From NCBI GenBank assembly GCA_947646655.1, contig CANSHI010000006.1:2253-66252 (forward strand): 64,000 bases of DNA, written 5' to 3'. Each line of letters begins with the position of its first letter. Position 1 is the first letter of the stretch. The notes below the pieces were generated by a model. The model was not told the origin of the DNA and ran no database searches. It saw only the letters and a list, made by a program, of their open reading frames with translations. The translations under genes and the position numbers were made by a program. This DNA comes from an uncultured bacterium (GTDB taxonomy: Bacteria > Bacillota_I > Bacilli_A > RF39 > UBA660). Below, piece after piece: positions 38,773-47,298 of this stretch.

Positions 38773-39086
38773 TGGGATTAGAATATTTATATAGTATTGG
38801 ACTCGACGTTAATGACGTCGAATCACTTAAAGCGAATACAGATGATAATACTTACAGTGATCTTACACTTTTTGAACCTTTAGTATCTTTAAATATTAAG
38901 TATATGAAAGACTTTGGAATTAAAAACTATACAGATGTATTAATCAAATATCCAGGAATATTCTTAAGAGATAGTGAATCTTTTCAAAATATTTTTTCTA
39001 AGTTTGATAAAGAAGATTTAATTCAAAAAGTTGCAAAAAATCCAGCTGTATTTAAAAAAATGGTTGAATTTGTAGATAATAACTAA
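38772..39086 (+). CDS. Small helical-repeat protein (weak mTERF-like look)
   Basis: Start overlaps the stop of the upstream gene (TAATG). YLYSIGLDVNDVESL and YMKDFGIKNYTDVLIKYPGIFLRDSESF resemble mTERF-type repeats. Weak call. Confidence 0.5.
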   Translation: MGLEYLYSIGLDVNDVESLKANTDDNTYSDLTLFEPLVSLNIKYMKDFGIKNYTDVLIKYPGIFLRDSESFQNIFSKFDKEDLIQKVAKNPAVFKKMVEFVDNN

Positions 39087-39098
39087 TCGGAAGATTAG

Positions 39099-39335
39099 TT
39101 ATTTTTTATTTAATATACTTTTTGGATAAGGATGAGATTCGTCAGTTCTACTGACTAAATAATCGATAGAAGTGTTATAAAAATTTGCTAAAACATAAAT
39201 TTTTTCTAAAGGTATGACATTTATACCCAATTCATACTTACTATATTGTTGCTGTCTAATTCCTAAAACTTTGGCAATATCTTTTTGAGTTAAATCTCTG
39301 TCTTCTCTTATCTCTTTTAATCTTTCTATATTCAT
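39099..39335 (-). CDS. XRE-family HTH transcriptional regulator
   Basis: LTQKDIAKVLGIRQQQYSKYELGINVIPLEKIYVLANFYNTSIDYLV. AGGAGG lies 5 nt upstream of the ATG. Confidence 0.9.
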   Translation of the reverse strand: MNIERLKEIREDRDLTQKDIAKVLGIRQQQYSKYELGINVIPLEKIYVLANFYNTSIDYLVSRTDESHPYPKSILNKK

Positions 39336-39360
39336 TTCATCCTCCTAAGTATATTTTCTC

Positions 39361-39404
39361 ATACAACTTTAAATTGTATTGACACATACAACCACAAGTT
39401 GTAT
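39361..39404. promoter_or_regulatory. Two tandem operator-like palindromes ATACAAC-N5-(A/G)TTGTAT
   Basis: 39361-39379 is ATACAACTTTAAATTGTAT. 39386-39404 is ATACAACCACAAGTTGTAT, a perfect 7-5-7 palindrome. Confidence 0.6.
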
Positions 39405-39407
39405 AAT
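39379..39407 (+). promoter_or_regulatory. Consensus sigmaA promoter for the 39435 gene
   Basis: TTGACA, 17-nt spacer, TATAAT. The perfect palindrome occupies the spacer and the -10 element. Confidence 0.7.
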
Positions 39408-39434
39408 TTTTATATAAGATAGAGGAGTGGAAAT

Positions 39435-41324
39435 ATGAATAAAAAACAAAAGATAAGTATAGGATTTATGTTGGTGGCCATGATACTAATGCTTACATTT
39501 GGTGCATATTCATTTTTTATAACAAATGGACAAAACAATATCGATATGGAAACAAACATTAAAGCAGGAGAAATGTCATTGACATTCAGTGATGGAAACA
39601 ATGGAATAAACAAGTCTCTACAGTTTGGTGAAACTATAACAAAGTCTTTTACAATAGCAAATACAGGAAATGTCAGTAGTTCTTTAAGCCTACACTGGAC
39701 AAAATTAATTAATAAATACTTAAATGGCAGTCTCACTTATAATTTAACATGCAAAAACGAACATGAAGATAAAGAGTCAGAAATTATTCTCTTGAGTAAT
39801 GTGCCGACCTCTTATGAGCCATTAGAACAAATATTAGCGGGGGAAATATCAGTAGAAGCTAATTCCACAACGGATTGTAACTTAAATATAAAGTTAAATA
39901 ATACTGAATTTGATCAGACAAATGATATAGAAGCAATATTTCAAACAAACTTTAAAGCCGATCAACCACTTAAATACTTATATTATCTTTTACAAATTGA
40001 TCCCAATGGAGGTACTTGGAATGAGTTCACATCTACTCAAGAATACAGATTACTTAACAACGAAACTTTTAATATTCCCTCGCCTACAAGAATCGGTTAC
40101 ACTTTCGATGGATGGGAAAAATCTGGAAACTCTATTATAGACGGAACAACTTTAACTATGGGTATTGGTAACACAACATTACAAGCAAAATGGATAAAAA
40201 ACAAATATAAAGTGACAATCGATAATGGAATAGACCAACCAATAGAAGAAATTTGTGAATTTGGAAATACATTAAACCTGACTCAACCACTAAAAGAAGG
40301 TTACACATTTACGGGGTGGAGTACAACTGGGGGATCTATAGAAAATAATATTTTATCAATAAGTGAACCAAAAGATATCCGCGTTACAGCAAACTGGATA
40401 ATTAATCGTTACAAATACATCGTTTATCATAATAAAATGAACTTAAATGGTGAAGGCTATACTTTAGTAGAGGCTGACACTGAAGAAAAAGAAGCAGAAT
40501 TTAACTCAATAGTAACTCCTAGTGTGAAAACCTATCAAGGCTTTAAATTACCTCAAACAAAAGATCTAACAATTAAAGCTGAAAATACTTATCCGCCAAT
40601 ATTAAACAAAATAGAATATAATTACGAAAGAAATAAATATAACTTAACCGTTAATTTAAATGGTGGTGCCTCAGAAACAACTGGTGGAGAAATGTATTAT
40701 GAATCTAGTAAAAATTTAGGAATACCAACTAAAAAAGGATACAACTTTACTCACTGGACAACTACTTCAGGAACCATCACAGACAATATTTTCAAAATGG
40801 ATTCTAAAGATGCTACCATAACAGCTAACTTTACCCCCAAAGTCTATACAATAACGTTTAATCCTAATGGAGGAACGACACCTGAAGCAAGCAAACAAGT
40901 GTTATACGATTCAACATATGGATCTCTTCCTATACCAACTTACACTGGATACGAATTTTTAGGATGGTATACAAATAGCACTGATGGTAATCTAATTACG
41001 TCTGATCTTGTTGTCAATCTAGAAAATGATCAAACTCTTTTTGCCAAATGGAAAAGAAAACAAGTTACTATAACTTTAGATTCTCAATATTTCTTCTTTG
41101 ACACTAAAAATACTATATCAACCAAAACAAAAGTAGTCACAGTTGGCGAACCTTATGGAGAGCTAGAAATGCCTAATTCCTATGGTAACAAGCCTAATGG
41201 GCAGATTTGCTCTTTTAAAAGCTGGCAAATAAATGGCAGCGAAATAACAGATAAAACAATAGTAACAATAACATCAGACCATACATTAATCCCAAGAGAA
41301 GGAAGTTGTATCGCAACTGGTTAA
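39435..41324 (+). CDS. Secreted protein: TasA/camelysin-like N-terminal domain plus Listeria-Bacteroides (Flg_new) repeats
   Basis: Signal region ends FGAYSFF (SipW-type look), then AGEMSLTF and FGETITKSFTIANTGNV as in TasA. Repeats: GYTFDGWEKSG, GYTFTGWSTTGG, GYNFTHWTTTSG, GYEFLGWYTNS. Confidence 0.8.
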   Translation: MNKKQKISIGFMLVAMILMLTFGAYSFFITNGQNNIDMETNIKAGEMSLTFSDGNNGINKSLQFGETITKSFTIANTGNVSSSLSLHWTKLINKYLNGSLTYNLTCKNEHEDKESEIILLSNVPTSYEPLEQILAGEISVEANSTTDCNLNIKLNNTEFDQTNDIEAIFQTNFKADQPLKYLYYLLQIDPNGGTWNEFTSTQEYRLLNNETFNIPSPTRIGYTFDGWEKSGNSIIDGTTLTMGIGNTTLQAKWIKNKYKVTIDNGIDQPIEEICEFGNTLNLTQPLKEGYTFTGWSTTGGSIENNILSISEPKDIRVTANWIINRYKYIVYHNKMNLNGEGYTLVEADTEEKEAEFNSIVTPSVKTYQGFKLPQTKDLTIKAENTYPPILNKIEYNYERNKYNLTVNLNGGASETTGGEMYYESSKNLGIPTKKGYNFTHWTTTSGTITDNIFKMDSKDATITANFTPKVYTITFNPNGGTTPEASKQVLYDSTYGSLPIPTYTGYEFLGWYTNSTDGNLITSDLVVNLENDQTLFAKWKRKQVTITLDSQYFFFDTKNTISTKTKVVTVGEPYGELEMPNSYGNKPNGQICSFKSWQINGSEITDKTIVTITSDHTLIPREGSCIATG

Positions 41325-41358
41325 ACTAGAAATCAAAAAAACTTCTCATGTTATGACA

Positions 41359-41388
41359 ATACTAAAAGTTAAAACTTTTAGTATTTTT
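41359..41388 (+). terminator. Rho-independent terminator
   Basis: ATACTAAAAGT / ACTTTTAGTAT perfect 11-bp stem followed by a T-run. Confidence 0.8.
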
Positions 41389-41493
41389 ATATGAATAAAT
41401 GAATTAGAGTTTACGTCAAATTTTGACAATATTTTCCCCATACCTATGTAAATACGACTCTTTATGCTATAATTATTGAGAATAGGAGGACAA

Positions 41494-43503
41494 ATGAAAA
41501 AAATTCTTACTATATTATTAATAATTATATCGATATTCATATTCGATCAAAACGTATCAGCATTTACTTATAAAAGAGGAATTGTTACTAGCAAATACAC
41601 CATAAAAACTGCACCCTCATCGAGTGCCTCTGCAGTAAAAAACGATACTGGAGGAAGTGCCAGCTTATCATATCCTGAACCTGTAGAAGTTTTAGGGGAA
41701 AGTGGTAATTTTTATCAAATAAAATTTTGTAAAGGAGGTTTTTTCTACACTGGCTACATCGACAAAAGCAAAATAAATGTCTATACATACGAAACAGATG
41801 ATGCTTATGAAAATTCTCTTAAAAACCAAGGTTTCCCTGCCGACTATGCAAGAAAATTAGCTATACTTCATGCCATGCATCCAAACTGGTCATTCACACC
41901 TTCCTATACAGGTAGAACTACTGGAGGAATGGATTTCTACACTGCCGTAAATGGAGAAGCTAGCTCAGTAGGAAGAAATGCCATCAATGGTTCCAATGAA
42001 TCTCTTCGATCAACTGAAGACGGTGCTTACAAAAATGGAACATGGATACCTGTTGCTGGTAATGGATGGTATGCAGCTAGTCGTCAAACTATCGCTTTCT
42101 TTATGGATCCTCGTAACTTTTTAGACGAAGGAGAAGTATTTATGTTTGAGAATCTAGGCTTCAATCCAGCAACGCAAACAAAAGATATTGTAAACAAAGT
42201 TTTGGCAGGAACTTTCATGAATAATCCATTTGAATGTGGTGCCAATGCAGTCTCATGTGCAACAGGAACACACTACTATGCTGATACATTTATGACTGCT
42301 GGAACAGATAAAAAAGTTAGTCCCGTTCACTTAGCGAGTAGAGTTAAACAAGAGCAAGGATCTAACGGTTCAATTTTATCTCTAGGTAAAGGTTATAATG
42401 GAAAATATGTTGGATACTATAATTTCTTTAATGTAGGAGCTTCTGGAAAAACCGATGCCGAAGTCATCACTAATGGCTTTGAATGGGCAGTCAAAAAAAG
42501 CTGGAACAACCAACACAAATCGATTTATGACGGTTCTGATTTAATCGCGAACAATTATGTCAAAAGAGGACAATCAAACCTTTACTATCAAAAGTTTAAT
42601 ACAATCGTACCAGATTATTATGGTAACCAATACATGCAAAATGTTAAAGCTGCTTTCTCAGAAGGAAACAGTAATTACGAATCTTACTTTAAATCATTTT
42701 CAAAAATAGAAGAATGGGAAAAATCAACTTACGATTTCCTTATTCCTATTTATCAAAACATGCCTTCCTACACGACTCTCGATGTCAGTGGAAATGCCGA
42801 TACGACTTTAAAAAGCCTTGCCGTTGAAGGATGTAATCTTAATCCTGAATTTCAGTCAAGTGCAACATATTATGAATGCTTTGCATCAAAATCGACTTCA
42901 GAAATAAATATTCAAGCAGCTACGACTAATGCAAATGCCAAACTAGAAAATCCTGGCAAAGTAACCATTACAAATGATGAACAAACCGTTGAAGTAAAAG
43001 TTACAGCAATCAATGGTTCGACTGGTATTTATACGATCGTTGTAAAAAGAATAGACACCGATGGTGTAAGTCCTGAAAAAATATTAAATAGCATTGGTAT
43101 TAAAACTAACAACAACTTAATATCTAATATAGAAATGAACTCAGACGTTTCAAATATCATAAGCAACATTAAAAACCACTATCATTTTGCCCAAGTTACT
43201 GTCAAAGATGCCAATGGCAAACAGATTACTGAAGGCAAAGTCAAAACGGGACAAAGTGTTACAATCAATAATGCTGGACTAACGAACACATATAAAATAG
43301 TACTTTATGGAGATCCTGTAGGAGACGGAAATATCGATATACTAGATCTACTTATGGTTCAAAAACACATACTAAGATCAAAAGTCTTAACTGGAGAGTA
43401 TTTTACAGCAGCTGACATAAATCATGATGGCAAAGTTGACATTCTAGATTTACTATTAGTCCAAAAGCATCTTTTAAATAAATACCAAATAAGTCAAGAA
43501 TAA
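41494..43503 (+). CDS. Secreted peptidoglycan hydrolase (glucosaminidase/GH73-like) with SH3b, cadherin-like beta-sandwich and C-terminal dockerin
   Basis: ATG 41494 follows AGGAGGA. Signal peptide, SH3b-like segment (GESGNFYQIKF), VSPVHLASRVKQEQG ... YYNFFNVGASG ... LYYQKFN, cadherin-like TLKSLAVEGCNLNPEF, and dockerin GDGNIDILDLLMVQKHIL / DINHDGKVDILDLLLVQKHLL. Confidence 0.85.
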   Translation: MKKILTILLIIISIFIFDQNVSAFTYKRGIVTSKYTIKTAPSSSASAVKNDTGGSASLSYPEPVEVLGESGNFYQIKFCKGGFFYTGYIDKSKINVYTYETDDAYENSLKNQGFPADYARKLAILHAMHPNWSFTPSYTGRTTGGMDFYTAVNGEASSVGRNAINGSNESLRSTEDGAYKNGTWIPVAGNGWYAASRQTIAFFMDPRNFLDEGEVFMFENLGFNPATQTKDIVNKVLAGTFMNNPFECGANAVSCATGTHYYADTFMTAGTDKKVSPVHLASRVKQEQGSNGSILSLGKGYNGKYVGYYNFFNVGASGKTDAEVITNGFEWAVKKSWNNQHKSIYDGSDLIANNYVKRGQSNLYYQKFNTIVPDYYGNQYMQNVKAAFSEGNSNYESYFKSFSKIEEWEKSTYDFLIPIYQNMPSYTTLDVSGNADTTLKSLAVEGCNLNPEFQSSATYYECFASKSTSEINIQAATTNANAKLENPGKVTITNDEQTVEVKVTAINGSTGIYTIVVKRIDTDGVSPEKILNSIGIKTNNNLISNIEMNSDVSNIISNIKNHYHFAQVTVKDANGKQITEGKVKTGQSVTINNAGLTNTYKIVLYGDPVGDGNIDILDLLMVQKHILRSKVLTGEYFTAADINHDGKVDILDLLLVQKHLLNKYQISQE

Positions 43504-43516
43504 AAGGAGTAAATAA

Positions 43517-44926
43517 ATGAATAAAATTAGACATATTATTGTTGTTCTATTTACAACATTCGCATTTTTTACAAGTGTAAATGCCGCTAGTGGTTCTATT
43601 ACAGCATCCACAGGCACAAAAGTAGCAACAGTCGGCTCGACTTTTAAAGTCACTGTTAAACTAAATTGCTCAGAAGCTTTAGGGGCTTGGGATTTTGGAA
43701 TCTCTTATGACAGTTCCAACATCTCACTCGTATCGGGAGATACCCACGTTGTCGACTCAACTAAAGATGGAACATCACGCAGTAAAACTTATACATATGT
43801 TTTTAAAGCGATTAAATCGGGAACTGCTAATATACGTATAACGGGTGCTGCCATGACTGGATTCGATGAAATGAGAACATTTACACCTTCGACATCAGGT
43901 ACATCCGTAACTGTTAAGACAAAAGCAGAAGTTGAAGCGAGTTACAGTAAAGATAACAACTTAAAAAGCTTAAGTGTTGAAGGATATGAAATATCACCAG
44001 CATTTAATAAAGATACTACAGAGTACTCAGTCTCTGTTCCTGATACAGTAACATCCATAAAAATAAATGCTTCTCCAAATGATCAAACCGCTAGAGTAAC
44101 AAATACAGGAGATATCGACATATCAGAGGGAGTTAACAAAATAGAACTAGTTGTGACTGCCCAAAATGGAAGTACAAAGACTTACACTTTGATTGTCAAC
44201 GTTCAAGATTTAAATCCGATCACTGTAACGAACGGTGGTATCGATTACACAGTAGTTAAAAAAGCTGATCTTCTAACTGAACCAGTGGGACATACTCCTG
44301 TTACTATAACAATAAATGGTGAAGAAGTCCCCGCATTTAAAAGTGAACTTACTAACTTCACAATTGTCGGTTTAAAAGACGCCGACGGCAAAATTTCTCT
44401 CTTCATATATGATGAGGAAACGAACACATATACTCCATACATCGAGCTTAAAGGATCAAGCCTAATACTTTTTCCAAAAGAATTGCCAGAAGTATTAACT
44501 GGTTTTACAAAGACCACTCTCGACATCAATGAAATACCATGTGAAGTATTAACAAACGACATAGACCAAAGCCTCATTGTCATATACGCCTTAAATATCG
44601 AAAATGGTGAGGAAGGATATTACATATATGACAAAAATACTAATGGCTTCGTGACTTACACAAAAAGCTTATTCGACAAATTCATAGAAGAAAATAAAGA
44701 ACTAAAACTATATTTTCTAGCCTCAATAAGTGGAGCAGGTGTACTACTCTTAATATCAATTTATCTCGCTTCAAAAAAGGCTAAGCTTAAACGTCTTTTA
44801 AAAAAGTTTTCTAAAATAGAAGAAAATAAAGATGAAATAATAGAAAACGACGATTTAATTGAAGAAACTGTATCAGAAGAAATAGTCATTCAAAATCGAC
44901 CTAAAAAGAAAAAAAAGCGTAAATAA
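43517..44926 (+). CDS. Membrane-anchored cohesin protein (signal peptide, cohesin-like domain, cadherin-like beta-sandwich, C-terminal TM anchor with basic tail)
   Basis: VGSTFKVTVKLNCSEALGAWDFGISYDSSNISLVSGD; NLKSLSVEGYEISPAFNKDTTEYSVSV ... TAQNGSTKTYTLIV; TM helix YFLASISGAGVLLLISIYLA followed by a K-rich tail. Confidence 0.82.
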   Translation: MNKIRHIIVVLFTTFAFFTSVNAASGSITASTGTKVATVGSTFKVTVKLNCSEALGAWDFGISYDSSNISLVSGDTHVVDSTKDGTSRSKTYTYVFKAIKSGTANIRITGAAMTGFDEMRTFTPSTSGTSVTVKTKAEVEASYSKDNNLKSLSVEGYEISPAFNKDTTEYSVSVPDTVTSIKINASPNDQTARVTNTGDIDISEGVNKIELVVTAQNGSTKTYTLIVNVQDLNPITVTNGGIDYTVVKKADLLTEPVGHTPVTITINGEEVPAFKSELTNFTIVGLKDADGKISLFIYDEETNTYTPYIELKGSSLILFPKELPEVLTGFTKTTLDINEIPCEVLTNDIDQSLIVIYALNIENGEEGYYIYDKNTNGFVTYTKSLFDKFIEENKELKLYFLASISGAGVLLLISIYLASKKAKLKRLLKKFSKIEENKDEIIENDDLIEETVSEEIVIQNRPKKKKKRK

Positions 44927-44955
44927 AATCGGCATTCCAAATGCCGTTTTTTTTA
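44926..44955. terminator. Bidirectional terminator between convergent genes
   Basis: CGGCATT / AATGCCG stem flanked by an A-run and a T-run. Confidence 0.75.
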
Positions 44956-47298
44956 TGCAGACTGTTTATTTTTCATTCTTAAATACATTTTTTTCACTTT
45001 AGTTGCCGGTCCCAAATTATTAACACTTTCAGGATTTTCGATTATACTTATTCTTAGTCCAATTTTTCGTATAACAGACATAAAAGCTGATAGATAATGC
45101 GTAGCATCTTTCAAATATTCTTCTTGAAGTGAAGGATTACTTAAATTCATGCCACATCTAATAAATAATACGAATTTATCTCTTTCATCTAAAAGACCTA
45201 TGGCTTCATCGACGATACTTTTTTTCTTATCTTGAAAATAATCATACACAGTTTTTATTTTTGATCTCATATTATCGAATCTTAAAGTTTTCAATAATCG
45301 GCCTAATCTCGGTAACACTACATGATCTAATTTATTCTGTTCTAGAGTAGATAGTGATTTAGAAAAAAATGCGTTTAAATTATCTCCATATCTTTTTTTG
45401 AGTAATAAGAAACAATCATTAGGTAATTGACTAGCAGCCCAAACTATTTCTAAAAGACTATAGTCAGGAAATATTTCTGTTAAAGTTAAAATATTTCTTT
45501 TCCTTCCTTTATACATTTGCTCAAGTAATCTCTGTATTCGAGGAATCAAAGAATCTTTCATAAAATTACTTAAACTTGAATCCCAATATCTTTGGTAAGG
45601 ATTTTCTAAATTAAACCCATATTTCAAAAACAATACCATTCTATCATAATCTGATAATATATTTAAAACAGAATCCACTTGCTCTTTGGAATATTCATAA
45701 AATAAATCATAAATAGTAATAATATTTCTAGGATAATTTAATTTATATTTGTACAACTGATCAGTCCTTAAAGCACTGCCCAATTTTATTAAAGACTGCA
45801 ACAACATAGGCATACTATCTTCTTTAAAATTTAAACATAAGTCATCGTCTAAAGAAGACATGATCACATCCTGATCAAATGCATCTATAAAAGACATCAC
45901 TCTGTTAATATCTTTTTCACTTAAACTAAAAAACATTTCTTTAAAAATATTGAATAGACTGTTTTTGCTATAAATAAGCTCTATAAACTTTTTGATCCAT
46001 AATCTTACTTCGCTCAAAATATCCACATTATAACAACTAAAAATTTTATCCAGCATTTTATTCCATTCATCCATAGACACATACTTACTTAAATTAAATC
46101 CGATAAACTCGAAAATAAGCTTTTGAATTTTAAATGGGAAAAACGAAATAGCAAATTCGACAACATCTTGAGATTCATAAAAATACTCATAAAACTTTTT
46201 ATAATTTTCATTTAATGCGCCATTTCTTTCTTTAATACTATTGTCGAGAAAAGATAGTAGTTTAGAATGAATTGACAAATCACGTGCTGTTAGCTTCTTC
46301 TTCCGAAACAAATTATTTGAACCTAGTTTATAAATTTTAAAAAAGCTTACTAAATCATCTTGGTTTAATCTACTAACTGCATCTATAATATCTTCACTAC
46401 CATAGGGCAACTCATTAAAAATTGATGTATAATGCAACTCATCGATATCGTAATCTCCATAAAGTAATCCAGATGTTACAGGATCATATAATCCACAAGT
46501 TCTCCCACTCAATCCATCGAAATATAAATTAAATATACCTGTTTTATTCAACTTAATTTTTCTACATTGATATCTATTTATATAATTTTCTATTTTTTTG
46601 TATAATTTTTCATCCAAATATATAGCATTTAAACGACCGATATTTACAATTTCACTAGTTTCACATGGATCTTGATTAGCGTGTTCAGCATTAAATTCTC
46701 TAAACATATTTTTTACGAATCCTCTATCTATTTGGGATGGTAATTCATAATCCAATACTTCCACTAACATATAAGAGAGCGCATATTTTATCATTAAAAA
46801 TATTTCAAGAGAAGAGTAAGGTACTCTTTCAAATATTTCACTTAAAGTCATCTGCTCATATTCGAATAAACCTAATCTCATTTTAGTTACCAATTGGACG
46901 ATCTCAGGCAATTTATTAAACTTTTCTAAAAAGTTAGAAAATAAATCTCTATAATCACTTTGTTCACTCACATCATTTTCATGATCCACCAACATTGTAT
47001 TGACTACAACTTCTTCTTCGGTATGCAAAGAAGAAAAAGCACATTCTTTAGACAAAATATTTTTAATTTTTCTTCGCAAAGAAATTTTTACCGATTGATA
47101 AGCATAAGTAGAAAATTCAATCCCTTTTGTAATATCGAAAAGATCTACTGCATGTGTGAGAATGACGACTCCTTCTTGAAACAGATCATTTTTTATAAAA
47201 TAAAAGTCCGAATAACAGTCATGTATTACTTGCATTACTAATCCATAATTAGCATTTCTCGAGCATTCATATCCCCAGCCCAAAACTTTAAAAAACAT
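44953..47298 (-). CDS. Giant sigma-70-like protein: sigma regions 2 and 4 followed by about 580 aa of degenerate region-4-like repeats (main reading frame)
   Basis: DLFQEGVVILTHAVDLFDITKGIEFSTYAYQSVKISLRRKI (region 2). LPEIVQLVTKMRLGLFEYEQMTLSEIFERV (region 4). Repeats such as LSDYDRMVLFLKYGFNLENP and LDERDKFVLFIRCGMNLSNP. Confidence 0.75.
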   Translation of the reverse strand: MFFKVLGWGYECSRNANYGLVMQVIHDCYSDFYFIKNDLFQEGVVILTHAVDLFDITKGIEFSTYAYQSVKISLRRKIKNILSKECAFSSLHTEEEVVVNTMLVDHENDVSEQSDYRDLFSNFLEKFNKLPEIVQLVTKMRLGLFEYEQMTLSEIFERVPYSSLEIFLMIKYALSYMLVEVLDYELPSQIDRGFVKNMFREFNAEHANQDPCETSEIVNIGRLNAIYLDEKLYKKIENYINRYQCRKIKLNKTGIFNLYFDGLSGRTCGLYDPVTSGLLYGDYDIDELHYTSIFNELPYGSEDIIDAVSRLNQDDLVSFFKIYKLGSNNLFRKKKLTARDLSIHSKLLSFLDNSIKERNGALNENYKKFYEYFYESQDVVEFAISFFPFKIQKLIFEFIGFNLSKYVSMDEWNKMLDKIFSCYNVDILSEVRLWIKKFIELIYSKNSLFNIFKEMFFSLSEKDINRVMSFIDAFDQDVIMSSLDDDLCLNFKEDSMPMLLQSLIKLGSALRTDQLYKYKLNYPRNIITIYDLFYEYSKEQVDSVLNILSDYDRMVLFLKYGFNLENPYQRYWDSSLSNFMKDSLIPRIQRLLEQMYKGRKRNILTLTEIFPDYSLLEIVWAASQLPNDCFLLLKKRYGDNLNAFFSKSLSTLEQNKLDHVVLPRLGRLLKTLRFDNMRSKIKTVYDYFQDKKKSIVDEAIGLLDERDKFVLFIRCGMNLSNPSLQEEYLKDATHYLSAFMSVIRKIGLRISIIENPESVNNLGPATKVKKMYLRMKNKQSA

